This document shows positions 1-15,394 of a stretch of 64,000 bases of DNA, one piece after another. Every line of letters starts with the position of its first letter. Position 1 is the first letter of the stretch. Source of the stretch: the human T2T-CHM13v2.0 reference genome, Homo sapiens; NCBI RefSeq assembly GCF_009914755.1, contig NC_060937.1; one strand, given 5' to 3'. The translations under genes were made by a program, and so were the position numbers. A model generated the notes under the pieces. That model worked only from the letters and a program-made list of their open reading frames with translations. It ran no database searches and was not told the DNA's origin.

Positions 1-504
1 ACAGTAGCAGTCTGTGAGGGGTACTCCCAACCCTATGGATGGACAGGAGATGAGGAAAGCCTGCCTGGAGGAGGGGTCCTATAAGTCTTAAAGATGAATC
101 TGTGCAGTAAGGAGAAGCAGGACCATTCCTGGCAGAAGCAACAGTGTAAACAAAATCACGAGGAAATGAATTTGCATTTATACATAATAAAGATTGGTAT
201 CATTTGACTTACAACTGGTAGCCTTTTTGAACACTCAAATTGACATTAAAATTTTACACACTCATCGTTTTTACTAATTCATGCAAAACTTGGTGAACCA
301 TGTATGTATACCTCTGGTATCAGAAGAAAGGATTTTTTTCTTATTTTAATATAAATTCTTTGCTATAAATTCTTTGGTAATAGACAATGCTTAAAATGCT
401 TAAAATCAGAAAGACTGACAATAGCAAATATCAATGAGAGGAAGCAGTCAGAACCCCACAGAGCATTGGTGGGAATATTAAAGAGTAAATAATACAATCA
501 CTTT

Positions 505-1420
<916 letters not shown>

Positions 1421-1754
1421 AAAAATACTGGAGACAAGGTATGGAGTAGGGTAGGGATGCTTCAAAATTAAACATGAAATCACAAAAACAAATAAATGAA
1501 GACATAATTGGAGAGAAAACAGGAATAAACACACACACTCATGCACACACACAAACGCACACACAGACATCCCTGATCTATGGGCCTCCACTGGCATTTG
1601 TGACATTGAGCAGGATAACATGAACATTGAATATGAGCATGACATCACTTGCATTTTCACTCCTTTTTGGTTTTGGCTGCACAGGTGATAACTGCTGGGA
1701 GTGAATAAAGTTTTACAGCTCCACTCTGTACTATTAAAGATATACATGATTAGA

Positions 1755-2050
<296 letters not shown>

Positions 2051-2701
2051 GGAGTAAGGAATCATAGATGTTCAGAACCAGACAAGACTCCTTAATGTTA
2101 CAGATCAGGAAATGGAGGCCAGGGAGGGTGAGTTGAAGGGCCTTCCCAAGGTCAAACAGTTACCATTCAAGGACTAGTAAACCTTACCAGTATCGGTGAG
2201 TAAAAAAACAGCCCTGGCTTCTATGAAAATTTTGGAACAATAATTTCTATTATCATCACTGTTTATTACTATGCACCCAGTAACAAAAGGATAAGACAAC
2301 CATTTATTGTTTTTGATGGGCCAGGCACTGTCTGGGTGCTTCACACACAGTGTCCCTAATCTATTCCAACGTCTGTGCACAGCAAGTCCTGCTGCCTGTA
2401 TTCAAAGATGAGGAACTGAGGAAGTGGAGAGGTTAAATCATTTGCTAACAACTGCCAGCACAGAACTAAAACTTAAGCCTGTTTCATTCTGAAATTCGTG
2501 TTCTGTCCAGTAAGTTTGCTAATCCCTTGAGTATTAAGTTTACTCTTCTTAATCAATAATTACACAACTGTGCCTGTTTAGGTATTAGGTATAATAGCCT
2601 GCTATTATTTTGGTCTTACCAAATTTGTGTATTTAGTAATATTATCAGATATTTTCTTCCTTCATAGAATTTCCCAATTTATCATTTAAATACTTACGTG
2701 A

Positions 2702-2797
<96 letters not shown>

Positions 2798-2959
2798 AAA
2801 GGGAAAATAGTACAAATGAAGAAAATCTGAAAATCAATGGAAGCACGAGGACATTCCTAGTCATTTTCTCAATTATCAAGGAAAAATAAGATGCAAATAG
2901 CTTCAAGTATGATGTGATAGTCATGAATTTGTGTCTTTTGCTCCGCTTTATTTTTAAAC

Positions 2960-2965
2960 AATAAA
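2960..2965 (+). terminator. TEX26: AATAAA polyadenylation signal of TEX26 (3' UTR about 2798-2985)
   Basis: Canonical AATAAA about 160 nt after the stop, with T-rich sequence downstream. Confidence 0.7.
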
Positions 2966-3900
2966 ATTAAGGCTACAAAATTTTCCCTGAACATAGCTTT
3001 AGCTGTATCCAATAGTTTTTGATACAATGTTTTTTTCTTTTCCCTTTTGGATACTTAATTTGTAGTTTCAATTTTGATTTCTCCTGTGAACTAGGAATTA
3101 TGTGGAAGAGATTTCTTAATGTCCCATTAATCAGAGACTTAAGAAATCATTTTATTGCCTTATCTCTTCTTTGAATGAATGAAAGTTTAAAAATCTGCTT
3201 TTGGGAAATCAATTGCAGTTTTATTTAATGCCATTAATCAAGTATATGATTAATTTGTGTGTTACGTGAATATGAGAAAAAAATTATAGTTTATTGTATT
3301 TTTTAATCCCTTATATCTTTAATTGTATACTTGAATTGTTCAATTCTGAAAGAATATTGGAACCTCCCACAATAAATATATTTTTATCAATTTTCCCTTG
3401 TATTTCTGGGGTTTTTGCTTCATATATGTGGCTGTTATATTTTGTATTCTATTAGGGTTTATGAATTACACAGAGCTTCTTCATTGATTAACATTGCCCA
3501 TTATATATTATTCATCTTTGGCTGGTTAATGCTTTTTGGCTTTAAATTGCATTTTAATTGATATTAATGTTGCTATTGGTGCTGATTTGATTTTGGTTTT
3601 ACCTTTGCATTTGCTCAGTATGTCCTTGCTTTCATTTCCAATCTGTCTTTGTAACTTTGCTTCTAGAAATAAATTATGCCTATCTTTTATTTCATAACTA
3701 ATGTGTCAGTCTTTGTCTTCAAAAACTTAGTACAGAGCAACTGTGATGCTTCACATACTGGGTTTTGTTTTCTATATCATTTTTTTTGCTTGCTATTTGC
3801 TGTTTGTTCTTTTTAGTTTTACTGATTTTCTTCATTTTCCCCTCTAATGTTAGTTTTGGAAATATACTGTTTTTCATCATACTAGTAGTTTTTATCACAC
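2965..3900 (-). mobile_element. Ancient antisense L1M ORF2 fragments
   Basis: T-rich; gctttagctgtatcc resembles antisense L1 ORF2 and the L1 segment near 14490. Confidence 0.6.
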
Positions 3901-4083
3901 ATTGTCATTACTAGATTTGGGTTCCTCTCCCAATATATAAAAATTCCATCATCTCTGTGCTCTCAGGACCTTGTACTTCCCGGTTCTTCCCATGGCTACT
4001 GACTGAGAAGATATCCTTTATTTCCTCATTTCACACTGTGCTTTTCACTACATCCCCTGCATGTGCTCTTACGCGTGTGCATG

Positions 4084-4105
4084 CACACACACACACACAC
4101 ACACA
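4084..4105. repeat. (CA)n microsatellite
   Basis: Read directly. Confidence 0.95.
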
Positions 4106-4584
4106 TACAAACAACTGCCAGCAGGGTTCATGTGGAGAAGGAGCTTGCCCTGTAGGTTTCCCACCAGCAGCAAGAGTTTGTTGTTGTTATTGCCGCTCTG
4201 GCTTTCTTTCTTTCTTTCTTTCTTTTTTGAGCCCTTGTTTGGGCCTGTCCTATTTCCTGCTCCTGTTTTGCATCAAGGCAGTCATATCCCAACCATCCCT
4301 GCTTTAGACAGGGGTAGTTTTCTATTTATCAGCTAAGCGTCTCCCTGCCCCAACGTCCTTTGCAGATGTGGGTCAATACTTGAGCATTAATCTGCTTTTA
4401 TGCCTTTCTTAGAGTGCTTAAGACTGTTGCAGTGGCCACCCAGGAGCTTTACGTGGACTCTCTCTTGGTTTAGTGTGTGCAGTGTGGGACTTCCTGACTG
4501 TCCTCACAGCATCCATTCCAAAGCAGAGGTCCATACTCCATCAGGGCCTTGAGCCAAATATTAATAAATGAGTAGCCCCTTTGG

Positions 4585-4940
4585 TCCACAAATATTTATT
4601 GAGCACCTCCTACGTGCCAAGCAGGGCTTTAGGGGATGGGGATAATGCACTAGTGAAAGACAGTAATGGAGCTTCGATTCTAGAGGGAGGCACCAAGAGG
4701 CTCCTATTTGAAATGAAACTTCAAGAGGAGAAGGAGCCAGCCACATGGAGAGATGGGACAAGACCTTTCCAGGCTTAGAGAACAGCAAGGCAAGGGCCTC
4801 AAGATAGGAATGATTTTGGTGTTCTAGGAACTGGAAGAAGGTGGAGTGGTTGACACATACATAGTGAGTTGGCCGGGGACAGGGAAAAGTCACGCAAAAA
4901 GAGATCAAGGAAGCAAGAGTCGGATCATGGTGTGAGTGCC
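4585..4940 (-). mobile_element. L2 fragment
   Basis: aaatatttattgagcacc and typical L2 3' region motifs. Confidence 0.7.
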
Positions 4941-5619
4941 ATTGTATTTCTGTTAGCATAGACTCTTGTATTCTATGTAACTTTATTTCACAACAGTCAA
5001 TAAATTTCTATTGATTCAAGTTGTGGATCACCCATGAATGTTGTTTTTATACTATTCGTCGTCTTCTTCTTCTTCAAATTTTGGTAGCAAAGTTTTGTGT
5101 AGGACTTGAGTTTTTCACGACTGCAGACGTGTCTGTGCATGCATCTTAAGTTTTTAATGTATCTCTACACCTTGGGCATCCCAAATGGTATCCCTGACCT
5201 CCCAAATGATTTTTTAAAAATTCACATACATTGAGGTTCACTCTTTGTGCTATAAAGTTCTATGGGTTATGACAAAAGCATAGTGCCATGTATCCACAAT
5301 TACAGTATCACACAGGATAGTTTCACTGCCCCAAAAATTCTCTATGCACCACCTGTTCAATGCTCTCCTCCTCCCCTCAAACCCTGATTACTTCTTTGGA
5401 GATCATTTTGGTATTCTGGAGGTAGGGTAGCTAAGAAAAGCCAGCATCACCTACCTTGCCCTGGGGCAGACAACATACGGATGAGTATTGCCATCTGTCT
5501 GGACACAAAAAGTCCTCTTACCTACAGGGTTCTAGAACTTGTCAGTGACATCACTCTAGAGCAAGATGTTCTACTTGTAAATACAGTATTGAGATGTCAT
5601 CTTCGACAGACTTTTGCTT

Positions 5620-5940
5620 TAGGGACGGTGGTAAAGTGAATTATTGGCCCCAATTCTTCATCTCTCTCTGTATCCACACCCCTGGCCATGTAACCTTGCA
5701 GTGCCTCCCACTAAAGATGGAATGTATTTCCCCTGACCTTGTATGTGAGCACAGCCATGTGGCTTTCTTTGGCTAATGGGTTGTTAGAAGAAATAAACCT
5801 GGGCTGCTCACTGGTCCCAGGAGAAAAATGAGTCACCCCAGCTGACCTGCCCCAATGACTCACAAACTGTGAATGAGAAATAAATGCTCTTTGCTGCATG
5901 CCAGAGGCCAATGTAGCAATAGCTGACTGGTACAGGCACA
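5620..5940 (+). mobile_element. MLT1-type MaLR LTR
   Basis: gagaaataaatgc...gtagcaatagctgactggtaca 3' end. Confidence 0.65.
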
Positions 5941-6065
5941 GCATTTATTTAGATGCAACATTCCTGGGACCCTCAAAATGAGAAAAAGCTTTGTAGAATC
6001 AGTTCTTTCTCAAAAATATTAAATTCTACCACCGTCAACAAATGTGTGTTTAAAAAGCAATTGCA

Positions 6066-6178
6066 CCCGGGAAGCGGAGCTTGCAGTGAGCCGAGATTGC
6101 GCCACTGCAGTCCGCAGTCCGGCCTGGGCGACAGAGCGAGACTCCGTCTCAAAAAAAAAAAAAAAAAAAAAAAAAAAA
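6066..6178 (+). mobile_element. 5'-truncated AluYb8
   Basis: Diagnostic duplication GCAGTCCGCAGTCCGG; pure 28-A tail; perfect TSD AAAAAGCAATTGCA (6052-6065 and 6174-6187). Confidence 0.95.
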
Positions 6179-6530
6179 GCAATTGCATTTTAAAGTAAGA
6201 GTGTGGTTGAGGTTCTCTTGTATCTTAAAAATGGCAAGGGTGTTTTAAACATTGAACACTTTAAAGATTCTCATGAGGCCAGTAGCCACTGCTTATTTTA
6301 ATGTGCTAGAAGCTGTGAGTGCTTTAACCTGGTTCATTCTCAGAGAAGATCGGCAAACCCAGATCAGTCATGGACCTGGCATGAGTTAATTACATGGCAC
6401 TAGAATCTCTATTATTATATTTGTAAGATAGTAGTTTTTCAACAGTTACTAATCCTGCCATTTTTTTTTTCTTGTGATATCCCCCGATGGCTCTTTAATT
6501 CTCTTTTTTCTTTCCTGAAAAACTTACCCT

Positions 6531-7625
6531 TGGTAGGCGATTTCTGGGGTGTTGATTTTTTTCTTGCCGGGAACCCCTGTGGCCACAGCACCTTTGCCCA
6601 AATTCTTGTCCTGCATCCAGGAAGAGTGAGGTACACAAGTGAAGAGTGAAGAAGAGTTTTATTTAGTGTTAGAGCAACTCAGAGGAGTGGGTAGCTCCCT
6701 TCTGCTGGCAGGTCATCTCTGAGGCTCTCAGTGGACAGGGTACTCTTCTCTGCAGCTGGTCATCCAGTCCCATCATCTCTCTGCTCTCTTTGTCCTCTGG
6801 CCATCTTCTGCCCTGCTCTGGTTGAGCCCAGGGCTTTTATGGACCTCAGAAGGAAGGAAATGTATGCCAGTTGGTCCATGGGCGGCCATGGGTGGGCCTG
6901 GACTCTTCCAGGCCCATGAGTCCCTACTCCAGTTCACGGGACTGGCAGCCCAGCCCCTAGTCTTCAGGCTCTCCCTGGCCTGAGGGTGGGCCCTTACTGG
7001 GGACCCTCTTCCTTCTACCCAGGATTCTGTCAGCCTCCCGCTGGGACTTGGCCCCCAACCCCGCTGGGAGATTGGAGCGGGCCTTGGGAGGAGAGGCCAG
7101 GCACTGGGAGCAGACACCCCTAAGCCTGCAGGGACAGGGGTCCTTCCTGGGGCACTCGAGGGTGTAGGCTACAGAGATGCCCAGGTCCTGTGCCTGGGAG
7201 GGCAGTGCAGCTGCACCCAGGAGCTCCCGCCCCACCAACTCAGAAGAGGCAGGACTCCCACTTGTCCCCAGCTTCTGCCTGCTTCCTGGAGCAGGAGGCC
7301 CAGGTCTGCAGCCGCGAATGAGGCAGCTGCAACTGCACCTCGGAAGGCAGATCCTGCCTGTTCCCGTTTCTCCCAAGAGCACAGGAAGGCTCCGATCCAC
7401 AGCTGCATTTTGGGCTGCTGTAGCCTCACCCAGTAGGGGGCGCTCCTTCCTGCTCCCTAGAGCAGGAGGCCTGGGTCTGCAGCTGTGGTTTGGGTGGCTG
7501 TAGCCACATGGGGAGGTCCTGTCCCAACTCAGAATGGGCAGGGTTCCCCCTGGCTCCAGGGAGTGTACAGCCCCAGCTGCGCTTCCCTGCTGCAGCTGGC
7601 ATGATGGCAGCAGCCACTGCCATCA
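6531..7625 (-). mobile_element. MER52-type ERV1 solo LTR
   Basis: GC-rich MER52-like body; TG...CA ends; 4-bp TSD CCCT (6527-6530 and 7626-7629). Confidence 0.85.
7430..7443 (+). promoter_or_regulatory. CTCF core motif CCAGTAGGGGGCGC inside the MER52 LTR
   Basis: Matches CCASYAGRKGGCRS consensus. Confidence 0.55.
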
Positions 7626-7912
7626 CCCTTGCACACACCTTATTCAAAATAAAAGTGTATATAGTGGATTTCTATGCTTTCTAGAAATATCTGTTCTTTG
7701 TTTTGAACCTCTTGAAGAAACAGTTATGTAAATGTGTTTAAAATTGTTCCACTTTGTTTTAAAAAGCTTTTGTGAATAAGTAGAAAACAACATCCCTTTA
7801 GAATGAAGGCTGCAATAATTTGTAAGAAAGTAAGAAATAAAACGCAGGTTATAGGAAGTTGTTTTCACTACGTGTTAGAATTCTCCTTTCTGTACAGGAG
7901 GTATATGAGTCT

Positions 7913-8078
7913 GGAGCAGGGCTTATCAGCCTTGGCTACCCAATCAAATGTCCTGGAGAGATTTTTAAAATCCTGATCCCGAGGCTACTTTCCAGACCAA
8001 TTACATCAGAACTTCTGGGGACGGATCACAGGTGCTAAGGTGATCCCTGTGCACAGCAAAGAGTGAGAACCACTAAAC
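7913..8078. mobile_element. MER5A-like hAT DNA transposon remnant
   Basis: ccagaccaattacatcagaa...tgagaaccact. Confidence 0.65.
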
Positions 8079-9609
8079 TAGAGGGGGGATCTAATTGGTA
8101 AATTGCACCTGAGAAGGTTAAGTTGGTAGTTTAGTCAAGGTCTAAGCAGGAAGCAGAATCCACCCCATTTGTTTCAGATGATGGGGCTTAAGTAAAGGGA
8201 CTACTTACTGAGGACATAAACGTGGGGTAAGGCTCCCAGAGACTTGAGAGAGAAGAAAGCTGTTACCACCTCTCCCTGTGAGAGCCTGGGCTGTCAGGGA
8301 GCTGCTGTCCCCTGGAAGGGACAGAGCCATTTTGGGGGACATGACACAGGGAACAAGAAGGGAAAAATTCCTCCAGCCTTGCTTCTCCTTCCCTCTCATA
8401 TAATCTGATCTCCTGGCAATGGCTCTCACTGACAAGCCCAATGGATGCTTACCAGCAAGGTATTGATGGAGATGCAGTCCAAAGAGTTAACCTCCTGTGG
8501 CACCAGCCAGGCCAGAAAAGGCGATTAAAGGGAATTTGGAAGCCAAATAAAATATAACCAACACAATTGGCCAGCCTTGCTGAATGAAAACCACAAGCGG
8601 AGGGTATGGCCAAGTACTGAATAAATTTTTGAATGTAATTTTATAAAAAGTTTTATAAAATAAGGAAATTATTCATTTAAAGAATTATCTTAATAAAAAA
8701 GATATCATAGACATATCATGAAATTGGGACTATTCCAGAAAATTCAAGGCATATGACTATGACAATTTAAACTTTATCCTTCATTTAACATTTATTTTTA
8801 AATATTTTTAAAGTCTTTCATACCAGACACCCTGCTGTACTAGATACAGAAATGAAAGACACAGTAATCTATTCTATTCCTAAAGGTCTAAGAGTCTAGC
8901 AAAAAATACAAATTGGCAAATGTAATGAAATTTACAATTTTGCCAGCCCAGAGCAGCATGCCTCACTTTGGGGGGTACTCTCCCACCCCAATCCAGCCAT
9001 GTGATTCTGATGTCAGCTGAAGGCTCTCTGTGCCCTGCCCGGGCCAGGTACCATCTGAATGTGGTACCTCTCCTCTCTGGCCATGGTTGGGGTTTGGCCC
9101 AGGATTTTCTTCCATGGGGACTGGGCAGAGCACTCTTTCCTCTGTTGCTATGAGGCTGTAAGAAGATGTTTCCAGAGTTGCCCGTGGTCTTCTTCCCGGT
9201 CCCACAACAGCAACCAGCCCCAGAGAATGGAGACCTGAGAGAGGATGTATGAGGAACGGAAGAATCCTGATGAGATTGGAGTGTCTACCCTTGAAACCAT
9301 CTCCATCCATGCCCCATGAACAATTCATTTCTTGATTTGACTACAGCTGGATTGAGCTAGATTTCTGCCACTCGTAATCAACAGGGTTCTAACAAATACA
9401 GAAGGAAATCTCAGTAACATCCTAAAAGAGCCATGTGCAGAATGCTACGAGATTTCTAAGAGCTTGCCTAACCCGGCCTGAAGGGTCAGGAAAGGGTTTC
9501 TGGATCAAGGTAAAGGCCCAGGTTTTTATGGATGTACAGCCACTATGATTAGGCTATTTTCAAAAGCAAGAGTTTCAAACTGAAATGCCTACAGGGGTGC
9601 ATAGGCAAG

Positions 9610-11158
9610 AAAGCAAGATATTTTTCTCTTTCTATACTCTCCTACTACTCTCACGCAACGCAGAGCACTACTGTGACCACATGAGTGGAGTTTTTTCCCT
9701 GACCGAATAGTTCTCCAGCACCAGGTAGGTGTCCTCCTAGCTCACAGTTCAATTCAACTGTGACACTACCTGGAGTTGGCGCAGATCTGGCAGGATGAGG
9801 ACTCACAAAACCATCTTTGCAAAAATTATAACAGTGAGAAATCTGTAACAGTGAAAGGGATCTGACCTAACCAACTCCATCTTGTGTCTAACCTTCCAGC
9901 TGCCCTTGTTCATTGCTGGGCATAGTCTGAACTAACTTTGGGAGGAACTTAGTTTATAGTTTAACTTTGGAACAAAGATGGTAACAGCCCTTTCTCAAAA
10001 CAAACCCCTTCTTGCCTGGGGACTTGACTGCCTTTGTAGGACTAACAAATTAGCCTCAAGAAATGCAACTTCCCCGTTACTCCTGCAGATAACATCACTA
10101 TTGTAGAGCCTAAGATTTGGGATGTCTTTTCAGGTTTTTGGATTTCTGATGACCGATGGCTCTACCCAGACTCACTGTTTGGTCCTGTGACCCCCACCCA
10201 GGAACTGACTCATCGCAAGGGGACAGCGTCAATTCCCTATGATTTCATCTTTGACCCAACCAATCAGCATTCCCCACTCCCTGGCCCCCTACCCGCCAAA
10301 CTATCCTTGAAAAAACCTAGTCTTCGAATTTTTGGATAGACTAATCTGTGTAAAAATAAATCTATGGTCTCCCGTTCATCTGGTTCTGTAAGAATTAAAC
10401 TCTTTCTCTATTGCAGTTTCCTTGTCTTGATAAATTGGGTCTATCTAGGCAGCAGACAAAATGAACCTACTGGGTGATTCCAGTCAGTCCCACAAGACTG
10501 CCCCCCATTGCAGATGCCAACAGGAAGTAGTAAGTCCCGAAGTTACTCACAGCTTCTGCCTGACTTGGCTACAAATTGAAAGTTCCCATGACTGCCTTCT
10601 TGAGTTTGATCATTTGCTAGAACAGCTCACAGAACTCAGAGAAACACTTCACTCACATATGCCAGTTTATTATAAAGGGTATTACAAAAGATGAACACGA
10701 CGAGCCAGATGAAGAACTACATAAGGCACAGTATGGGGGAAAGTACAAGTTGCTGCCAGGCCTTCTTCAGGCACATCACCCTCCAGGCATCTCCAATGTT
10801 CAGCAACCTGAAAGCTCTCCAAAGCATGTCCTTTTGAGTTTTATGGAAACTTCATTACATGTGCATAATTGATTACATCATTTGTCATTGGTGATTAATT
10901 CAAACTTCAGTTCTTCTCCCTGATTGGGGGGTGGAGTTGAAAGTCTCAACTCTCTAATCAAGATTGGTTCCCCTGGCAACCAGCCTGCATGTGGAGTCTA
11001 TCCTGAAGCCTCCCTCCTTCCCCGGCAGTCATCTCAGACATCTCATTCACATACAAAAAGACGCATCACTTATCACTTCGAAACATTCTAGGAGTTGCCT
11101 GCCAGGAAACTGGACAAAGACCAAAATAGGTATTTCTTATTATAAGTCACAGTATCAC
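9610..11158. mobile_element. MER21-type LTR interrupted by a nested LTR
   Basis: MER21-like sequence stops near 9803 and resumes at cagtcccacaagactgcccc near 10485. Confidence 0.7.
9805..10482 (+). mobile_element. LTR8-like ERV1 solo LTR nested in MER21
   Basis: aaaccatctttgcaaaaattataacagtgaga start; ccaatcagc; attaaactctttctctattgc. Confidence 0.7.
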
Positions 11159-11263
11159 AGGAGGCCTGGCAGGTAACCTAAATGAGGGAAGCGGGCCAGG
11201 AGTGAGACCATAGGGAGAGTGACTGGTGAAATGAAGAGTGCCCACTATGTTTAAAAGGGCTGC

Positions 11264-11741
11264 TGAGTTATCGTAGCAACAACAACAAAAAAACTACTTT
11301 ACTCCATTTTTGTTTAAGGGGCCTTTACCCATTCCTGCTCATAGGCTAAGATAATTTTAGAGCACTAATAGGCAAAAACAACAATCGTGTAGTTTAAAAA
11401 ACACTTTAGGATTAAAGGACACATATTTAAACAACTATGTTTTGTTAAAGATGTATAGGACCATTAAGGCCTGACCAAGGACAAAGGCATTCCCAACCTC
11501 CCCAGACCCTTGCTGGCACCCAATTGTCTGTGGTTACTGGTTAGCTCTTGATCTCAATTCCCTCCTCTTTCCCCTGCGCTTAACATGAAAAGTACCTACA
11601 ATTTGTATTGGCTTAAGGTGGTGCTTTAGGACAATAGTTCAGCATCTTCTCGGTTTTCTGGCTCTCCAATAAACCTGCTTTTCCTCCCACCAATTTTTGT
11701 CCCTTGTGTTTGGCGAGCTGCTGGATGTGGGTTTGCTTACA
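11264..11741 (+). mobile_element. ERV-class LTR, subfamily uncertain
   Basis: actccattttg motif; aataaacctgc poly(A) signal; ends ttaca. Confidence 0.5.
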
Positions 11742-12279
11742 TTATCTCTGGCTAATTGTTGCCCTGTTAGTATGTGTTAGTCATAGAGGATTTCAGGAAA
11801 AGCAAAAAATATGTTTTTTAAATGTATTTACAATTTTTATTGTCACTCTTTCTGGTGTAAAGTGTTACAGATTTTGACAAATGCATAGAGCACTGTATCT
11901 ATCACCCCAATCATTATATGGGAAAGTAAAATTCCATCTAAAATTCCTCTGGCTGTTCCCCTGTACACAGCCCCACCTCCCTAGCCACTGGCAATGACAG
12001 GTTTGGTTTTCATCCCTATCATTTTGCTTTTTCTAGAATGTCATATAAATGGAATAATATAATATATAACCTTCTGTATCTTCTTTGATTTATCAAAATG
12101 AATTTTGTTGTTGTTCTTGTTCTTGTTGTTGAGTAATCTGTAGTAACGTGTTGCTTTTTATGGCTGAGTATGGATGTACCAGTTTATTTATCTGTTCACT
12201 GGTTGAAGAACATCTGGGTTGTCTCCAGGTTTTGGCATTTGCGTATAAAGCTGCTATAAGCATTCAGGTTAAGGTTTTC

Positions 12280-12594
<315 letters not shown>

Positions 12595-12812
12595 TCAGGT
12601 TTAGGTTTTCTTGTGAATACAACTTTTCATTTCTCTTCAGTAAATAAATACCTGGGAGTGGGATTGCTGTGTCATATGCATGTTTAACTTTATAAGAAAC
12701 TGCCAAACCATTTTCAGAATGACTGTACCAGTTTGCATTTCACCAGCAACGTATGAGAGTTACGATGGCTCCACATCTGTTATTAGCAATTGGAACAGTT
12801 AATTTTTATATT

Positions 12813-13378
12813 CTGTCAACCTGTAATAATCTATAGAATCAAAATCCAGTTTAAGAGAGTTTATTTAAGAACAAAACTGAGGATGGCCACCTTGAAAACA
12901 CAGACTCCAAAGGGATGGGGTCAAGTGCTCTGAAGCTGAAAAGTTAAGGTCTTACTTATATAGGCAGAAAACAGGGAAGTTTAACAGGATTACAACATTT
13001 TCCACACAAAGCTGGTTTATGAGTTATAGAAATTTGATTAGGTATGGATTGTTTTCTTTCTCAATTTAAAAGAGTATATTTAACATTCCATTTTTGACAA
13101 CATGATGCTATTTGTGTAAAAGAAGAAAAAGGAAAGTTAATCTATAACAAAGATCAATAGTTAAGAGGGAAGGGATTCTTCTCTGGTTCCCTTTAGTCTT
13201 TATAACATTTTATAAAACAATGCAGGTAAAGAAAAGGGTAATCTATAATCAGAGAAACAAAGGTTACAGATGCCTAGGCTATAACTGCCTTTTATACGAC
13301 TCATGTCCCATAATCACATTCCTTTAAGGCCCCAAATAAAGTTCCAATAGCTTTGATTTTGAATTACTTATTTTCACA
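12813..13378 (-). mobile_element. ERV1 MER4-group LTR
   Basis: tgtcaacc...gagagtttattt (antisense poly(A) signal)...ttttcaca. Confidence 0.6.
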
Positions 13379-15089
13379 TTTCTGTTTGTTTGTTACTATT
13401 CTATTACATCATAGTTTTACGGTGCATTTCCCTAATGAAAATGATATTGAGAAACTTTTCATGTGCTTATTTACCAGCTGTATACATATTGGGGGGAAGT
13501 GTTTATTCAGATCTTTTGCTCATTAAAAAAATGGATTGTTTGTATTCTTATTGTTGAATTTGGGGATAATATATATACATATTTGAATACAAGTTGTTGG
13601 ACAGAAATATGACTGGTAATTATTTTCTCCAAATCTGTGGCTTTTCTATTTATTATCTTAACAGTGTCTTTTATCCAGTAAAAACTAAGCCAGTGTCACA
13701 AAGATTTATCAGGTGAAGGATATTCCTTTCTCTTCCTAGTTCGCCAAGAGTTTTGTTTTGTTTAATCATGAATGGATGTTGAATATTGTTAAATGCTTTT
13801 TTTGAACCTATTAAGATGATCATGCGGCTTTTCTTCCTTAGTCCATTAATATGAGGGTTCTTTGGTTGACTTTTAATTGTTGAATCAGCCTTGCATTCCT
13901 GGGAAGAATCCCCTTAGTGGGAGAATTGCTTAAGGCCAAAAGCACTGGGATTACAGGCATGAGTCACCATGCTCAGCTCAATTTCTTGATAGATATTATC
14001 CAAACTATTCTTGTTACCCACTTCTCGAATGAGCTTGGTAGTTTGTTTCTTCCAAGGAATTTGCCCAGTTTATCTAAATTGTCAAATTTATGGACATAAA
14101 ATTGTTCATAGCATTCCCTTTTTCTCAGTGTACGTGGGTTTCATAGTCATGGCCCCCGTTTCGTTTCAAATACAGGTAATTTTTGTCTTCTTTCTTTTTT
14201 TCTTCATTAGCTTAGCTAGAGGTTTATCAATTTTGTTGATCTTTTCAAAGAACCAACTTTTGGTTTCATAGATTTTTTTCTATTGTTTTTTATTTTTCAA
14301 TATCCTTAACTTCTGTACTCATCTTTATTATTTCTTTCTTTCTTCTTGCTTAGGGTCTAGGTGTTTTTTCCCCTCTAGTTTCTTAACCTAAAAGCTTAGG
14401 TGACTGAGAATTTTTGTTTTTCCTACTACTTAATGCTATAGTCTAATATGTTTTCTATGCTTAATGCTATAGTCCAATATATTTCCCCCATGCACTGCTT
14501 TAGCTACATTCAATGAATTTTGCTTTATTTGTATTTTTGTTTTCATTCAATTTAATATGCTTTTAAATTTTCTTTGAGATTTACTCTTTGAACTATGGGC
14601 TACTTAGAAATTAAATTTCCAAATATTTGGGATCCTCCCAGACATATTTCTATTATTAAAGCCCAGTTTAATTCTGCTGTGGTCTGAAAACATACTTGGT
14701 ATGATTTCTATTCTTTTACATTTGTTAAGGTTTGTTTGATGGCCCAGAATATATTCTTCCTTGGTGAATGGTCCATGTGCACTTGAGAACAATGTGTATG
14801 TGCTTTTCGGTATTCTATTAATGTCAATTATGTCAAGTTTGTTGATGGTGTAGTTTAAATCTTCTGTATCTTTACTGATTTTCTGTGTATTTGTCAATTA
14901 CTGAGAGAAGAGTGCTGAAGTCTCCAACTATAATTGCAGATTTATCTTTTTATTTTCAGTCCTACCAGTTTTCGGTAATGTATTTTGAAGTTTTGTTATT
15001 AGCTGCAAACACACTGTTATGTCTTCTTGGTGAATTGATCCCTTTTTCATGATATACTATCCCTCTTTATCTCTGAAAATGTTCTTTGT

Positions 15090-15394
15090 GTTTTTTTTTT
15101 TGTTTTTTGTTTTTTTTTTGAGGCAGAGTCTCATTCTGTCACAGAGACTGAGTACAATGGCATGATCTCGGCTCACTGCAGCCTCCACCTCCTGGGTTCA
15201 AGTGATATTCCTGCCTCAACCTCCTGAGTACCTGGGATTACAGGCACCTGCCACCATGTCCAGCTAATTTTTGTATTTTTAGTAGAGATGGGGTTTCACC
15301 AAGTTGGCCAGGCTGGTCTCAAACTCCTGACCTCAGGTGATCCGCCCACCTCGGCCTCCCAAAGTGCTGGGATTACGGGCCACAGTGCCTGGCC
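15090..15394 (-). mobile_element. AluS
   Basis: Reverse-complement Alu body. Confidence 0.95.

Noticed and set aside
6731-7731. Cluster of overlapping GC-rich ORFs suggesting a gene or CpG island
   Set aside because: Explained by the MER52 solo LTR with its TSD
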